The notes under the pieces are model-generated. The model had not been told where the DNA came from. It did not search any database and saw only the letters and a list, made by a program, of their open reading frames with translations. Both the position numbers and the translations under genes were made by a program. Source: Desulfuromonadaceae bacterium (lineage in GTDB: Bacteria; Desulfobacterota; Desulfuromonadia; Desulfuromonadales; JAAYDE01). From it: a DNA stretch of 62,342 nucleotides. The first letter of the stretch is position 1. The number at the start of each line of letters is the position of its first letter. This document shows positions 21,006 to 30,293 of the stretch, one piece after another. Location: positions 1-62,342 of the forward strand of contig JAAZDE010000131.1 of assembly GCA_012512925.1 (NCBI GenBank), in the 5' to 3' direction.

Positions 21006-21497
21006 TCACCCGATGAAAGCATCCCGGTCCGGCCACAAACTGAACGGCCGGCATGAAAGAGCGGCGTTGCTGAAACGGTGATCCGTGGTTACCTCCCTTC
21101 CCAGCCAGAGGGGGAACTCGAAAACTTGCTCCTCCCCCTCCAACTCAATTTCGGCCACTACCAGGCCACTGTTTTCCTTGAGGAATTCATCGATTTCCCA
21201 GACCCTGTCGCCATGGCCGACGCGGTGGCGGATCTTTTCCACAACAAAACCGCGGCTCATCTCATCCACCATGAGGGAAGCCTCTTCCACCGGGATGTCA
21301 TACTCAAACTCGCGGCGGACGATTCCCGTAGAGGCCTGTTTGATTGTCAAAATCCCCCGTCCGGACGCCACCCTGACGCGGATCACTTTCTGCTGATCAA
21401 CCGCAAGGTAACCCTGACGGAGAAGATCCTTTCTCAAGACATTCCGCCGCCAGGCGTCACTGCGAATCAGGAATTTCCGTTCAATTTCGAGCTTCAT
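21006..21497 (-). CDS. CYTH-domain (triphosphate tunnel metalloenzyme) protein
   Basis: ATG at 21495-21497 overlaps the hemH stop (ATGA). The ExExK signature reads MKLEIERKFL. Confidence 0.85.
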   Translation of the reverse strand: MKLEIERKFLIRSDAWRRNVLRKDLLRQGYLAVDQQKVIRVRVASGRGILTIKQASTGIVRREFEYDIPVEEASLMVDEMSRGFVVEKIRHRVGHGDRVWEIDEFLKENSGLVVAEIELEGEEQVFEFPLWLGREVTTDHRFSNAALSCRPFSLWPDRDAFIG

Positions 21498-22477
21498 CGG
21501 CTCATCCACTCCAGATGATCGATAATCAGGCGGGCCAAAGCCTCGATGAAGTCGGGGCGGTCGTTGAGGGCCGGACTGCGCACGAAATGGCGGATGCCGA
21601 GATCGCGGGCTATTTTCCGGTATTCGATATCGATATCCCACAGGGTTTCGAGGTGGTCGGAAACAAAAGAGACCGGAACCATCAGCAGGGCCCGGTGCCC
21701 CTGCCGGGCAAGGCGTTCCATAATCTCGCGAACCGGGGGACCCAGCCATTTCAGCGGCCCGCTGCGGCTCTGAAAACCGAGGTGCCAGGGGCACTCGCCG
21801 ACCCGCTGCACAACGCCGCGCACCGTTCTCAGTGTCTGGTTCAGATAGGGATCCCCCCGATCCACCAGCCGCTGGGGAAGGGAATGGGCGCTGAAAAGGA
21901 TCGGCACCTTTGAACGCTGCTCTTCCGGAAAGGCCGCAAGCCCTTCGACAACGGTGGCGGCCAAAGCGTCGAGATAGCCGTTGGCAAGGTACCAGGAATC
22001 GACTATGGAATATTTCAAGGTGGGATGAACGAGGGCGGCCGCCCTGGTGAAATCCTTGATGCTGCTGCCGCTGGTAGCTGAGGAGTACTGAGGATACATG
22101 GGCAGCAGCACCGCCTCGTCGATGCCGGCGTCACGGATGGAAGCCAGGGCATCCCCGGCAAAGGGGGCGGAATAGCGCATGGCGACAAAGGGGGTGAAAC
22201 ACCCGGGCAGCTTCTGGCAGATGGCGCGGGCCTGTTTTTCGGTCCATATGCACAGCGGTGAACCACCGCCGATGCGGCGGTATTTCTCCATCGAGGAGGG
22301 TGCCCGCAGACGGCTCATCCAGCGGGCAAAGAGCCGCTGCCCAAGACCACCGGGGAGAATGGAGATCAATTCCTTGTCGGAAAAGAGGCGCTGAAGGTAC
22401 GGTTCAACTTCATCGAGTGTGATCGGCCCCCCCATATTCAAAAGGACGAGGGCTTTAGGTCGGTCGGGTTCGTTCAT
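21494..22477 (-). CDS. hemH: Ferrochelatase
   Basis: Full-length similarity to ferrochelatases (LLNMGGP..., FSAHSLP, SFVSDHLETL). Confidence 0.95.
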   Translation of the reverse strand: MNEPDRPKALVLLNMGGPITLDEVEPYLQRLFSDKELISILPGGLGQRLFARWMSRLRAPSSMEKYRRIGGGSPLCIWTEKQARAICQKLPGCFTPFVAMRYSAPFAGDALASIRDAGIDEAVLLPMYPQYSSATSGSSIKDFTRAAALVHPTLKYSIVDSWYLANGYLDALAATVVEGLAAFPEEQRSKVPILFSAHSLPQRLVDRGDPYLNQTLRTVRGVVQRVGECPWHLGFQSRSGPLKWLGPPVREIMERLARQGHRALLMVPVSFVSDHLETLWDIDIEYRKIARDLGIRHFVRSPALNDRPDFIEALARLIIDHLEWMSR

Positions 22478-22523
22478 TCCTTTCCCTTGGTTATCGGTTG
22501 GGTAAACATTTCATCTGACCTTT

Positions 22524-23549
22524 TCAGCAACAGTTCAGGCGATGGACCGTTTCCACGAGAAACCGCACGTTGTCGACCGGGGTCGAGGGGAGAATACCAT
22601 GGCCGAGATTGAAGATATGTCCGGGCCGGCCGCCATTTTCCTCAAGAATGCGCCGGACCGCGGCCTCGATCCGGCTCTTTGGCGCCAGCAGCACCGCCGG
22701 ATCGAGATTCCCCTGGACGGCGATTTTTGGTCCCAGCAGATACCGCGCCCACGCCAGGGAAACCATCCAATCAAGACCAATGACATCGGCACCGCTGTCG
22801 CGGATCAGGTCCAAGAGACCTCCACACCCCTTGACAAAAAGGATCACCGGCACCCCTCCTCGGTCAAGCCCCCGGATCAGTCTGCGGATATGGGGAATAA
22901 CAAATTCCCGGTAATCCGCAGGTGCCAGAATTCCGCCCCAGCTGTCAAAAATCTGCACCGCCTCGACACCCGCCTGGATCTGGGCGTTGAGGTAGCGGAT
23001 GCTCATCGTCGTCAGCTTTTCCATCAGGACGTGAAACAGCTTCGGCTCCGAGAACATCATTTTCTTGCAGGCGGCAAAATTCCGGCTCCCCTGCCCCTCA
23101 ACCAGATAGCAGGCAAGGGTGAAGGGAGCCCCGCAGAAGCCGATCAGTGGCGTGCCCGTCAGTTCGCGGCGCAGAATACGGATGGTTTCCAGAACAAAAG
23201 GAAGTTTTTCCTCGATATCGGGAATCGTCAAAGCGTCGATAGCCTGCCGGCTGCGCACAGGCCGCTCCAACACCGGGCCGGGGGTGAAATCGAGCTTTAC
23301 CCCCATGGCTTCCACGGGAACAAGGATATCGGAAAAAAGGATGGCGGCGTCCACCCCCAACACCTTCACCGGCTGCAACGTAACATTGGCAGCCAGTTCA
23401 GGATTTTTGCACAACTCAAGGAAGGTGGCCCGGGAACGGACGGCGCGATATTCGGGAAGATAGCGCCCCGCCTGGCGCATGATCCAAATGGGGGTAGAGG
23501 TTACGGGAAGGCAGCGACATGCGGCCAGAAAACCGGGAGGCTCTTTCAT
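22524..23549 (-). CDS. hemE: Uroporphyrinogen decarboxylase
   Basis: PIWIMRQAGRYLPEYR signature at the N-terminus. Length is 341 aa. Confidence 0.95.
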   Translation of the reverse strand: MKEPPGFLAACRCLPVTSTPIWIMRQAGRYLPEYRAVRSRATFLELCKNPELAANVTLQPVKVLGVDAAILFSDILVPVEAMGVKLDFTPGPVLERPVRSRQAIDALTIPDIEEKLPFVLETIRILRRELTGTPLIGFCGAPFTLACYLVEGQGSRNFAACKKMMFSEPKLFHVLMEKLTTMSIRYLNAQIQAGVEAVQIFDSWGGILAPADYREFVIPHIRRLIRGLDRGGVPVILFVKGCGGLLDLIRDSGADVIGLDWMVSLAWARYLLGPKIAVQGNLDPAVLLAPKSRIEAAVRRILEENGGRPGHIFNLGHGILPSTPVDNVRFLVETVHRLNCC

Positions 23550-23606
23550 GGATAGAGTTTCTCCGGAGAAGGAGCAATAATCCGGCTGAACAGGGAGATG
23601 ATCAAA

Positions 23607-24734
23607 TCAATCCTCATGGTTTGCCAAAAAAGCCGAAGGGACATAGGAACAAAACGGCTCTTCGGCCAGATAATCGCCGAAAACGGCATCGGCACGGGCG
23701 CGGCATCCACCACAGACCCGGACATATTCACAGACGCCGCACTTCCCCTTGAGCCGATTGAGATCACGGAGCTCGAGCAAAGTTTCCGAATGAAACCACA
23801 GCTCCCGAAACGAAGTTTCACGGACATTGCCGACCGAAGACAAGAAATAGGAACAAGGCTTCAACCCTCCCTCGGCATCGATCAGGCAGATGTTCTGCCC
23901 GGCCAGACATCCCCGATTCTCGCCGGTGGCGAAAGCGAGCTGGCGGCGCCTGGTTCCTTTCCCCCCTTCCTGAGCGATAACCCGGAAATATTGGGGAGCG
24001 CAGGTGGGGCGCATGAGCAACGATTCCTCCCCTCGCTCCTGTCGCCAGTGCCAGCGCAGGATCTCCTCGTACTCGGAGGCGGGGATCAGTTCCTCCAGAA
24101 TCTCCCGTCCCCGTCCCGTGGGAACCACCATGAACAGGTACCAGGCCGTCGCCCCCAAGCTTTTGGCAAGACCGAATGTGGCAGCAATATCATGGCGGTT
24201 TCTTTTTGTAAATGAAGAATTGATCAGAAAGGGAATGCCGTGGCGGCGCAAGGTTTCAACCCCCCTGAGGACCCCGTCGAAAGCGCCGGGACAACGCCGG
24301 AAATCATCATGGACTTCTTTCGAGGCGCCGTCCAGAGAAAGAGACACCATGCGGATGCCGCTCTCCCGCAGAGAGACGCATGAGGAATCGCTGAGCAGGG
24401 TGCCATTGGTGGCCAGACACATCCGCAACCCTTGCTCCGTGCCGTAACGGACGATATCGAAGAGATCGTCCCGCAGCAGCGGTTCGCCGCCGGTCAGCAC
24501 CAGCACCGGAGAAGATACCTCACGGATGGCGTCGATCAGGGCAAATGCCTCGGTTGTGGAAAACTCGGCAGTGACGGAATCGGCGCAGGAGGAACTGCGG
24601 CAGTGGATACAATTCAGGTTGCAGCGCCGAGTGACTTCCCAGGCTATCCATTTCGGCAAGTAACGCTCAGATGCGATAGTCATATCCTTTTCGTTCTGCA
24701 GGGCGGCGCGGCAAGAATCATCATTCGTCATCAT
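23607..24734 (-). CDS. Radical SAM/SPASM-domain protein (AhbC/AhbD/NirJ-like)
   Basis: The CxxxCxxC cluster reads RRCNLNCIHC. The C-terminal auxiliary-cluster cysteines read ...CSYF...CGVCEYVRVCGGCRARA. The start is uncertain: ATG at 24734 or ATG at 24683. Confidence 0.85.
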   Translation of the reverse strand: MMTNDDSCRAALQNEKDMTIASERYLPKWIAWEVTRRCNLNCIHCRSSSCADSVTAEFSTTEAFALIDAIREVSSPVLVLTGGEPLLRDDLFDIVRYGTEQGLRMCLATNGTLLSDSSCVSLRESGIRMVSLSLDGASKEVHDDFRRCPGAFDGVLRGVETLRRHGIPFLINSSFTKRNRHDIAATFGLAKSLGATAWYLFMVVPTGRGREILEELIPASEYEEILRWHWRQERGEESLLMRPTCAPQYFRVIAQEGGKGTRRRQLAFATGENRGCLAGQNICLIDAEGGLKPCSYFLSSVGNVRETSFRELWFHSETLLELRDLNRLKGKCGVCEYVRVCGGCRARADAVFGDYLAEEPFCSYVPSAFLANHED

Positions 24735-24839
24735 AAGACAATGAAGGGAAGCGAGTCAAAACACTCCTGTCGCCTCGGTGAATTAAAAAAGCATCCGGAA
24801 TGGATGCTTTTTTAAACTCGAAAGGTAAGTTTTTTGGAT

Positions 24840-25937
24840 TCAGCCGTTCTGCACCTTGAGGCAATGTTCCTCGGCGGAACAGGCGAAGAGTTCGCTGAAA
24901 ATCTCCTGAACCGTGGAGATGCGATCCGACTTCCAGGCGTTGCTGCCGCAGAAGATGAGGCCGGTCTCGGTGTCCCCCCGCTGAGCACGGTCGAGGGAGT
25001 GGACAATGCAATAATGTTCGCCATCCTCCCGATACGAGCACCTTTTCAGGCAGCGGCAGGGGCAGATGAAACCCCGTTCCCTGTCATAGCGTTCGATAGC
25101 GTCGACGTTTTTGAGGATGGCGCGGCCGGGAAGACCCACCGGGCTCATAATCAGACCGACCTGATCCTGGGTGCAGTCGAGATAGGCCTGTTTGTAGGCG
25201 TCATCGGCGTCGCATTCCTCGGTGCAGACAAATCGGCTCGCCATCTGCACGCCATCGGCCCCTTCCGCCAGAGCATGCAGAAGATCCGTCTGATCCCAGA
25301 TCCCGCCCGCGGCGATGACGGGGATATCGCGGCCGCTGGTTTCACGCAGATACGACTTCACCCCCCGCACCGTGGCATACTGGTCGTAACAGCCTGTGCC
25401 GATGTTTTCCATGTGGCTGCCGAGGTGACCGCCGGCCGTATCCGGGTCCTCGACCACGACGGCATCGGGAATACGATTGTAATTCTTCTGCCATTTCCGC
25501 ACAATCAGCTCGATGGCCTTGACCGAGGAGACAATCGGCACCAGCGCCACATCGGGATAGTTTTCCGTCAACCGGGGAAGGGAGAGAGGCAAACCGGCGC
25601 CGCTGATGATAATTTTGGCTCCCCCTTCACAGGAAGCGCGGACGTTTTCCTCGTAATCGGTCACCGCCATCATGCAGTTGACGCCGATGACGCCGTCGGG
25701 AGCGATGGCGTAGGCTTTCTTCAACTCGTCCTTCAACGCCTGAGCGTCGGCTTCGAAAAAATTACGCCCGTCGAAGATCGGCGTGTCGAGGCCAAGACCG
25801 GCCGAAGCGACGATGCCGATCCCGCCGCAACGGGCCACATGACCGGCCAGCCTGCCGCCGGAGATGCGGACCCCCATCCCTCCCTGGATGAGAGGATAGG
25901 GAACATGGTGACATCCAATTTTCAGTTCAGGGATCAT
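24840..25937 (-). CDS. Nitronate monooxygenase/FabK-like FMN oxidoreductase with a Cys-rich C-terminal extension
   Basis: PLIQGGMGVRISGGRLAGHVARCGGIGIV is typical of the NMO/2-nitropropane dioxygenase TIM barrel. I prefer the ATG at 25937 (GAGG 9 nt upstream) over the ATG at 25952. Confidence 0.8.
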   Translation of the reverse strand: MIPELKIGCHHVPYPLIQGGMGVRISGGRLAGHVARCGGIGIVASAGLGLDTPIFDGRNFFEADAQALKDELKKAYAIAPDGVIGVNCMMAVTDYEENVRASCEGGAKIIISGAGLPLSLPRLTENYPDVALVPIVSSVKAIELIVRKWQKNYNRIPDAVVVEDPDTAGGHLGSHMENIGTGCYDQYATVRGVKSYLRETSGRDIPVIAAGGIWDQTDLLHALAEGADGVQMASRFVCTEECDADDAYKQAYLDCTQDQVGLIMSPVGLPGRAILKNVDAIERYDRERGFICPCRCLKRCSYREDGEHYCIVHSLDRAQRGDTETGLIFCGSNAWKSDRISTVQEIFSELFACSAEEHCLKVQNG

Positions 25938-26063
25938 GACAATTGACCTCATATCGGGGAGAAAAGCTCAAAAGGTTGTTTAAACTGTTTTAGTGTAACA
26001 AAATTCCTTTTCCTGGATTGTAATACTTATGTAAAAATACCCCTATGATTAATGGGAGTTAGA

Positions 26064-27041
26064 ATGTCCGGCATCAAAAAGCTATTAAAAAAAACCTTTC
26101 ACCCTCTGGTCGTTTTCATTGTCGTCCAACTGGCCTGGCTGCTGGTGGTGGGGGGATGGCTCTACTGGTTTCTCGGCAGTCAGAGCAAACTGCGGGAAGC
26201 GGCCGAAAAATACCGTCCCGAGCAGGTGACGGGATGGCTGGACTGGGTGGTGCTGGCGGAAGGTTTGGTGCTGCTGGTCACCATCCTTGCCGGGGTCTAT
26301 GTCATCTTCCTCTACTGGTCGCGGCAAGCCGCCCTTTTAAGGGAGCAAAAAGCTTTTATCGCTCAGGTCAGCCACGAACTGAGATCGCCGGTGGCCTCCA
26401 TCCAGCTTCATCTGGAGACCCTCAAACTCCGCCAGCCCCCACCCGACCAGTTCCATAAATCCCTGACCATCATGCTCGAGGAGACCGGCCGCCTCAATGC
26501 TTTGATCAACAACCTGCTGACCGCCAATCGCCTTGAATTCAGACGCTTTTCTCTCACCCTGCGGCCCTGCGATCTGTCGGAAATGACCAATAACTATTTT
26601 CGCGAAGCAGCCCGCCATTTCCCCTCGGACGGCTCGTTGTCCCTCTCCATCGTCCCCAACCTGACAGTGCTTCTCGATCCCGAATCCTTTCTCCTCGTTT
26701 TTCGCAACCTTTTGGAGAATGCCGTTCGCTACGCAGAGGGCCCTCCCCATTTGGCCGTCACCCTGCGGGAGGAAGGAAAATGGTGCCATCTTATTTTTGC
26801 CGACCAGGGGAGGGGAATTGAACGAAAAGATCTCAAGAAGGTGTTTCGCCTGTTCTACCGGGCACGAAAAACGGGGGACAACATCCACGGCACCGGCCTT
26901 GGCCTCTTTATCGTCCAGCTGCTTGTCAAGCGCCAGCGGGGCAAGGTTTATGTGGAAAGCGATGGCCCGGGGAAAGGGGCCACCTTTCACATCCTTCTTC
27001 CCCGCTATCAAGGGAAAATGGAAACATTGGAGGAAGTATGA
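26064..27041 (+). CDS. Two-component sensor histidine kinase
   Basis: Two N-terminal TM helices are followed by the H-box SHELRSPV, the N-box LLENAVRY and the G-box GTGLGLFIV. ATG at 26064 follows GGGAG. An alternative ATG lies at 26052. Confidence 0.85.
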   Translation: MSGIKKLLKKTFHPLVVFIVVQLAWLLVVGGWLYWFLGSQSKLREAAEKYRPEQVTGWLDWVVLAEGLVLLVTILAGVYVIFLYWSRQAALLREQKAFIAQVSHELRSPVASIQLHLETLKLRQPPPDQFHKSLTIMLEETGRLNALINNLLTANRLEFRRFSLTLRPCDLSEMTNNYFREAARHFPSDGSLSLSIVPNLTVLLDPESFLLVFRNLLENAVRYAEGPPHLAVTLREEGKWCHLIFADQGRGIERKDLKKVFRLFYRARKTGDNIHGTGLGLFIVQLLVKRQRGKVYVESDGPGKGATFHILLPRYQGKMETLEEV

Positions 27042-27748
27042 ACCAGCCCGCAAAATTTACCCTCTTGCTCGTGGAGGATGAGGCCCATATCGCCCAAGGG
27101 TTGATTTTCAATTTAGAACAGGAGGGCTACCGGGTGGTCCACGCGGCGACGGCCATGGAAGCCAAAGCCGCCATGGAGGAGATGGATTTTTCTATGCTGA
27201 TACTGGATATCATGCTCCCCGACGGCAACGGCCTGGACATCTGCCAATCGGTGCGGGACAAGGATGACCGCATTCCCATCCTCATCCTCACCGCCCTGGG
27301 AGATGAACCACATCGGGTCAACGGACTGAAGCAAGGCGCTGATGATTATCTGACCAAGCCCTTCTCCCTGACCGAATTTCTGCTGCGGGTCAAAAGGATG
27401 CTGGAACGTTCGGCCTGGTATCGCCCCCCGGCCGCCAGTCAGGACATTTTCCGTTTCGGTGGCTGCCGGGTCGATCTGACGGAGGGAAAAGCGCAAACCC
27501 TTCAAGGAGAGATCGATCTGACCGACTTGGAGATGAAAATTCTGCGCATTTTCTTCGCCAGAGAAGGAGAGATCCTGGAGCGGAGCGAACTGCTGGCCTC
27601 GGTCTGGCGGGTTTCGCCGGAAACCGAAACCCGCACCCTCGACAACTTCATCGCCCGCCTGCGCAAGTACTTCGAAACCGACCCATCTCACCCCGAACAC
27701 TTCCTTACGGTGCGCGGCAAGGGATACCGCTTCGTGTCCGGAAAATAA
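27038..27748 (+). CDS. OmpR-family DNA-binding response regulator
   Basis: ATGA overlap with the kinase stop. The receiver domain (LLVEDE...LDIMLPDGNG) is followed by a winged-helix C-terminus (RGKGYRF). Confidence 0.9.
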   Translation: MNQPAKFTLLLVEDEAHIAQGLIFNLEQEGYRVVHAATAMEAKAAMEEMDFSMLILDIMLPDGNGLDICQSVRDKDDRIPILILTALGDEPHRVNGLKQGADDYLTKPFSLTEFLLRVKRMLERSAWYRPPAASQDIFRFGGCRVDLTEGKAQTLQGEIDLTDLEMKILRIFFAREGEILERSELLASVWRVSPETETRTLDNFIARLRKYFETDPSHPEHFLTVRGKGYRFVSGK

Positions 27749-27773
27749 AAAAGGGGGATCTCTCCCCCTTTTT
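27747..27773. terminator. Bidirectional rho-independent terminator between the response regulator and the sulfite-reductase-like gene
   Basis: AAAAAGGGGGA-TCTC-TCCCCCTTTTT is a perfect stem flanked by A-runs and T-runs on both strands. It sits between convergent stops at 27748 and 27803. Confidence 0.8.
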
Positions 27774-27802
27774 CCCATCCTTAAGTAATGTTTCGCCCTG
27801 CC

Positions 27803-28468
27803 TTATGCTTCCGGCAGAATCGCCGCCTTAAAGTTGTCGAAACCCACATCTTCGATCAGCTTGCCGAGACGTCCCTTTTTGTCCTGGGCCTTGAACCACT
27901 CGACGATCCGGTCGATGATCTGCAGGGCCTGCTCTTCGGTAACATTTTCAACCAGTTTCTGGGAGAGGCGCGACTGGGGACCGCCATGCCCTCCGACCAT
28001 CACGTTCCACCCCTTGGGGCCGCCGACCAGACCGACGTCCTTGATGCAGACCTCGCCGCAGTCGATGATGCATCCGGAAACGCCCATCTTGAATTTCCAG
28101 GGGAGTTCGTAGGCATGGTATTTCTCATCGAGATGAAGACCGACCTTCAGTGAATCCTGCTGGCCGCGTTTGCAGAAGGTGTTGCCGGGGCACATCTTGA
28201 TGGAGCGCACGCAGAGACCGATGGCCGCCCCCGGCTTCTCTCCCAATTCCGCCCAGATCTGGTCGAGTTTGTCCTCGGGCAGACCGACGATGGCGATCCT
28301 CTGAGAGCTGGTCAACTTCAATGCCTGGGCGTTATATTTCTCGGCCACATCGGCGATCTTGCGCAGATAGGCCGGCGTGGTCACGCCGCCCGGCATATGA
28401 GGAGCGATAGCATAAGTTTCCTTGTCGCGCTGCAGAATGGCGCCCTTTTCCGGCATATCCTTCTTCAT
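27803..28468 (-). CDS. Small nitrite/sulfite reductase-family (siroheme/4Fe-4S) protein, low-molecular-weight assimilatory type
   Basis: The 221-aa protein carries the cysteine clusters CVRSIKMCPGNTFC and GCIIDCGEVC. The size and layout match the roughly 24-kDa small sulfite reductases known from Desulfovibrio and Desulfuromonas. Confidence 0.75.
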   Translation of the reverse strand: MKKDMPEKGAILQRDKETYAIAPHMPGGVTTPAYLRKIADVAEKYNAQALKLTSSQRIAIVGLPEDKLDQIWAELGEKPGAAIGLCVRSIKMCPGNTFCKRGQQDSLKVGLHLDEKYHAYELPWKFKMGVSGCIIDCGEVCIKDVGLVGGPKGWNVMVGGHGGPQSRLSQKLVENVTEEQALQIIDRIVEWFKAQDKKGRLGKLIEDVGFDNFKAAILPEA

Positions 28469-28616
28469 CTCTTCATCTCCTTGTCTATTAATTTGATTTT
28501 ATTCCTATTCATCCACAAATCGGCATAAAGCAATGTTTACCATCCAGGTTACATCTGTCAACCGTTACTAGCAGCTTTGGACAATGTCGTTTCGCTTCTT
28601 TTTTCAGCCCCTGTTC

Positions 28617-28802
28617 TCACCAGCGCCGAACAAGTATCGTCAGGGCGAGAAGAGCGATCAAGGCGACCAGATAAATCAGAGAATGCCATATCCCCTGAAC
28701 CCCCTGGGGGGAACCGGCGCAATCGGGGCACTCCGCCTCTTCCCCGACAAAACATTTGCCGCACCGGGTGCAGGTTCGGGAAACGGGATTCGGTGATTCC
28801 AT
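28617..28802 (-). CDS. Small zinc-ribbon membrane protein (61 aa)
   Basis: CTRCGKC...CPDC is followed by one hydrophobic helix, IWHSLIYLVALIALLALTILV. The ATG lies 10 nt after the hisG stop. Confidence 0.45.
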   Translation of the reverse strand: MESPNPVSRTCTRCGKCFVGEEAECPDCAGSPQGVQGIWHSLIYLVALIALLALTILVRRW

Positions 28803-28811
28803 AAGAAGCTC

Positions 28812-29684
28812 TCAGTAAAAGATCTTGTTCAGGGCGTATTCGACAATCCCCGTGGCACCGGCGTCGATCAGTTCGGGAGCGATGTCGCGAATCAGTGTTT
28901 CATCCACGATCGTCATCAGGGCGAACCAGTTCTCGTCGGCCAGGGATGAAATGGTCGGCTTGTGCAGCGCCGGCAGGATGGACAGCACCCGTTCCAGATT
29001 TTCTTTGCTGACGTTGAGCATCAGGCCGACTTTCTTCTCGGCCGCCAGCACTCCCTGAAGCATCATCGCCAACCGCTCGATCTTGCCCCTCTTGAAGGAA
29101 TCCTGCCAGGCCTCCTTGTTGGCGATGAAGCGGGTGGTGGTGGTGCAGACCGTATCGACGATGCGCAGATTGTTGGCCCGCAGCGAGGAACCGGTTTCGG
29201 TGATTTCGACGATGGCGTCGGCCAGATAAGGGGGTTTGACCTCGGTGGCTCCCCAGCTGAACTCCACCATGGCCTGCACACCATGCCTTTCCAGGTAGCG
29301 CCGGGTCATGCCGACCGCCTCGGTGGCGATTCTTTTTCCCTGAAGATCGGCGGGGGACTGGATCGGTGAATCCTGAGGCACCGCCACCACCCAGCGCAGC
29401 GGTTTACGGCCGACCTTGCCATAGACCAGTTCCGCCACCTCGACCACATCGGCATCGTTTTCGAGAATCCAGTCGAGGCCGGTGAGGCCGGCATCCAGAA
29501 TTCCCTCTCCGACATAACGGGCCATTTCCTGGGCGCGCAGCAGGACGCATTCAATTTCAGGATCATCGATGGTGGGATAGTAGGAGCGGGAGGCCCCCTC
29601 GATCTTGTACCCCGCCTTGGCAAAAAGCTCGAAGGTGGTATTTTCCAGGCTCCCCTTGGGCAGCCCTAAACGCAATACCTGCAT
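28812..29684 (-). CDS. hisG: ATP phosphoribosyltransferase (long form)
   Basis: ATG at 29682-29684 follows AGGAG ([13 protein letters not shown]...). The length, about 290 aa, includes the C-terminal regulatory domain. Confidence 0.95.
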   Translation of the reverse strand: MQVLRLGLPKGSLENTTFELFAKAGYKIEGASRSYYPTIDDPEIECVLLRAQEMARYVGEGILDAGLTGLDWILENDADVVEVAELVYGKVGRKPLRWVVAVPQDSPIQSPADLQGKRIATEAVGMTRRYLERHGVQAMVEFSWGATEVKPPYLADAIVEITETGSSLRANNLRIVDTVCTTTTRFIANKEAWQDSFKRGKIERLAMMLQGVLAAEKKVGLMLNVSKENLERVLSILPALHKPTISSLADENWFALMTIVDETLIRDIAPELIDAGATGIVEYALNKIFY

Positions 29685-29718
29685 AGTCAACTCCTTCTAT
29701 GATTTTTTTCTATGCTGA

Positions 29719-30099
29719 TTATTTTTGGTAAACCTGGGCGGGATCAAAAACCCTCTCCCCTATCACCGTCAAGCGGTCCTCTTCAACGCGCCTGAAAAAG
29801 CAGCTCCTGTACCCTTCGTGACAGGCCGCCCCGCCAACCTGCTCCACCTTGAAAATAACCGTGTCGAGATCGCAATCGACAAGGATTTCTTTGATTTTCT
29901 GCACATGCCCCGAACTTTCCCCTTTCACCCAGAGCTTTTGACGGGAGCGGGTCCAGTAGGTGGCCAGTCCCGATTCCAGGCTTTTCTCCCAGGCTTGGCG
30001 GTTGATGTAGGCAAGCATCAGCACCTCGCCGCTCCGCCAGTCCTGAGCCACGGCGGGGATGAGTCCGTCGGCCGATTTGGAAAAGTTCAACTCAATCAT
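29719..30099 (-). CDS. hisI: Phosphoribosyl-AMP cyclohydrolase
   Basis: LIPAVAQD...[11 protein letters not shown]...SGHVQ...DCDLD...CH motifs. Confidence 0.95.
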   Translation of the reverse strand: MIELNFSKSADGLIPAVAQDWRSGEVLMLAYINRQAWEKSLESGLATYWTRSRQKLWVKGESSGHVQKIKEILVDCDLDTVIFKVEQVGGAACHEGYRSCFFRRVEEDRLTVIGERVFDPAQVYQK

Positions 30100-30293
30100 T
30101 TTATTCTCCTTGCAACGAAAATTCGCCGCGCAATGAACGGCGGAGGCAATAATTCATAATTTCGGATTACTGTCAACCACAAATTCCCACCCCTTCCCGA
30201 AAGCGCCCAACCCATGCCTGTCTTGACAAGACGAAGCCGAAAACGTTATGCAGAATAACAGACAATAACCCCTCTCGCCAAGGAAAGACCCTT

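Noticed and set aside
24834-25946. 370-aa plus-strand ORF almost exactly coextensive with the NMO-like gene
   Set aside because: The minus-strand product has the clear NMO TIM-barrel motif (QGGMGVRISGG...). The plus-strand translation has no motifs and is Ala/Gly/Asp-rich shadow sequence.
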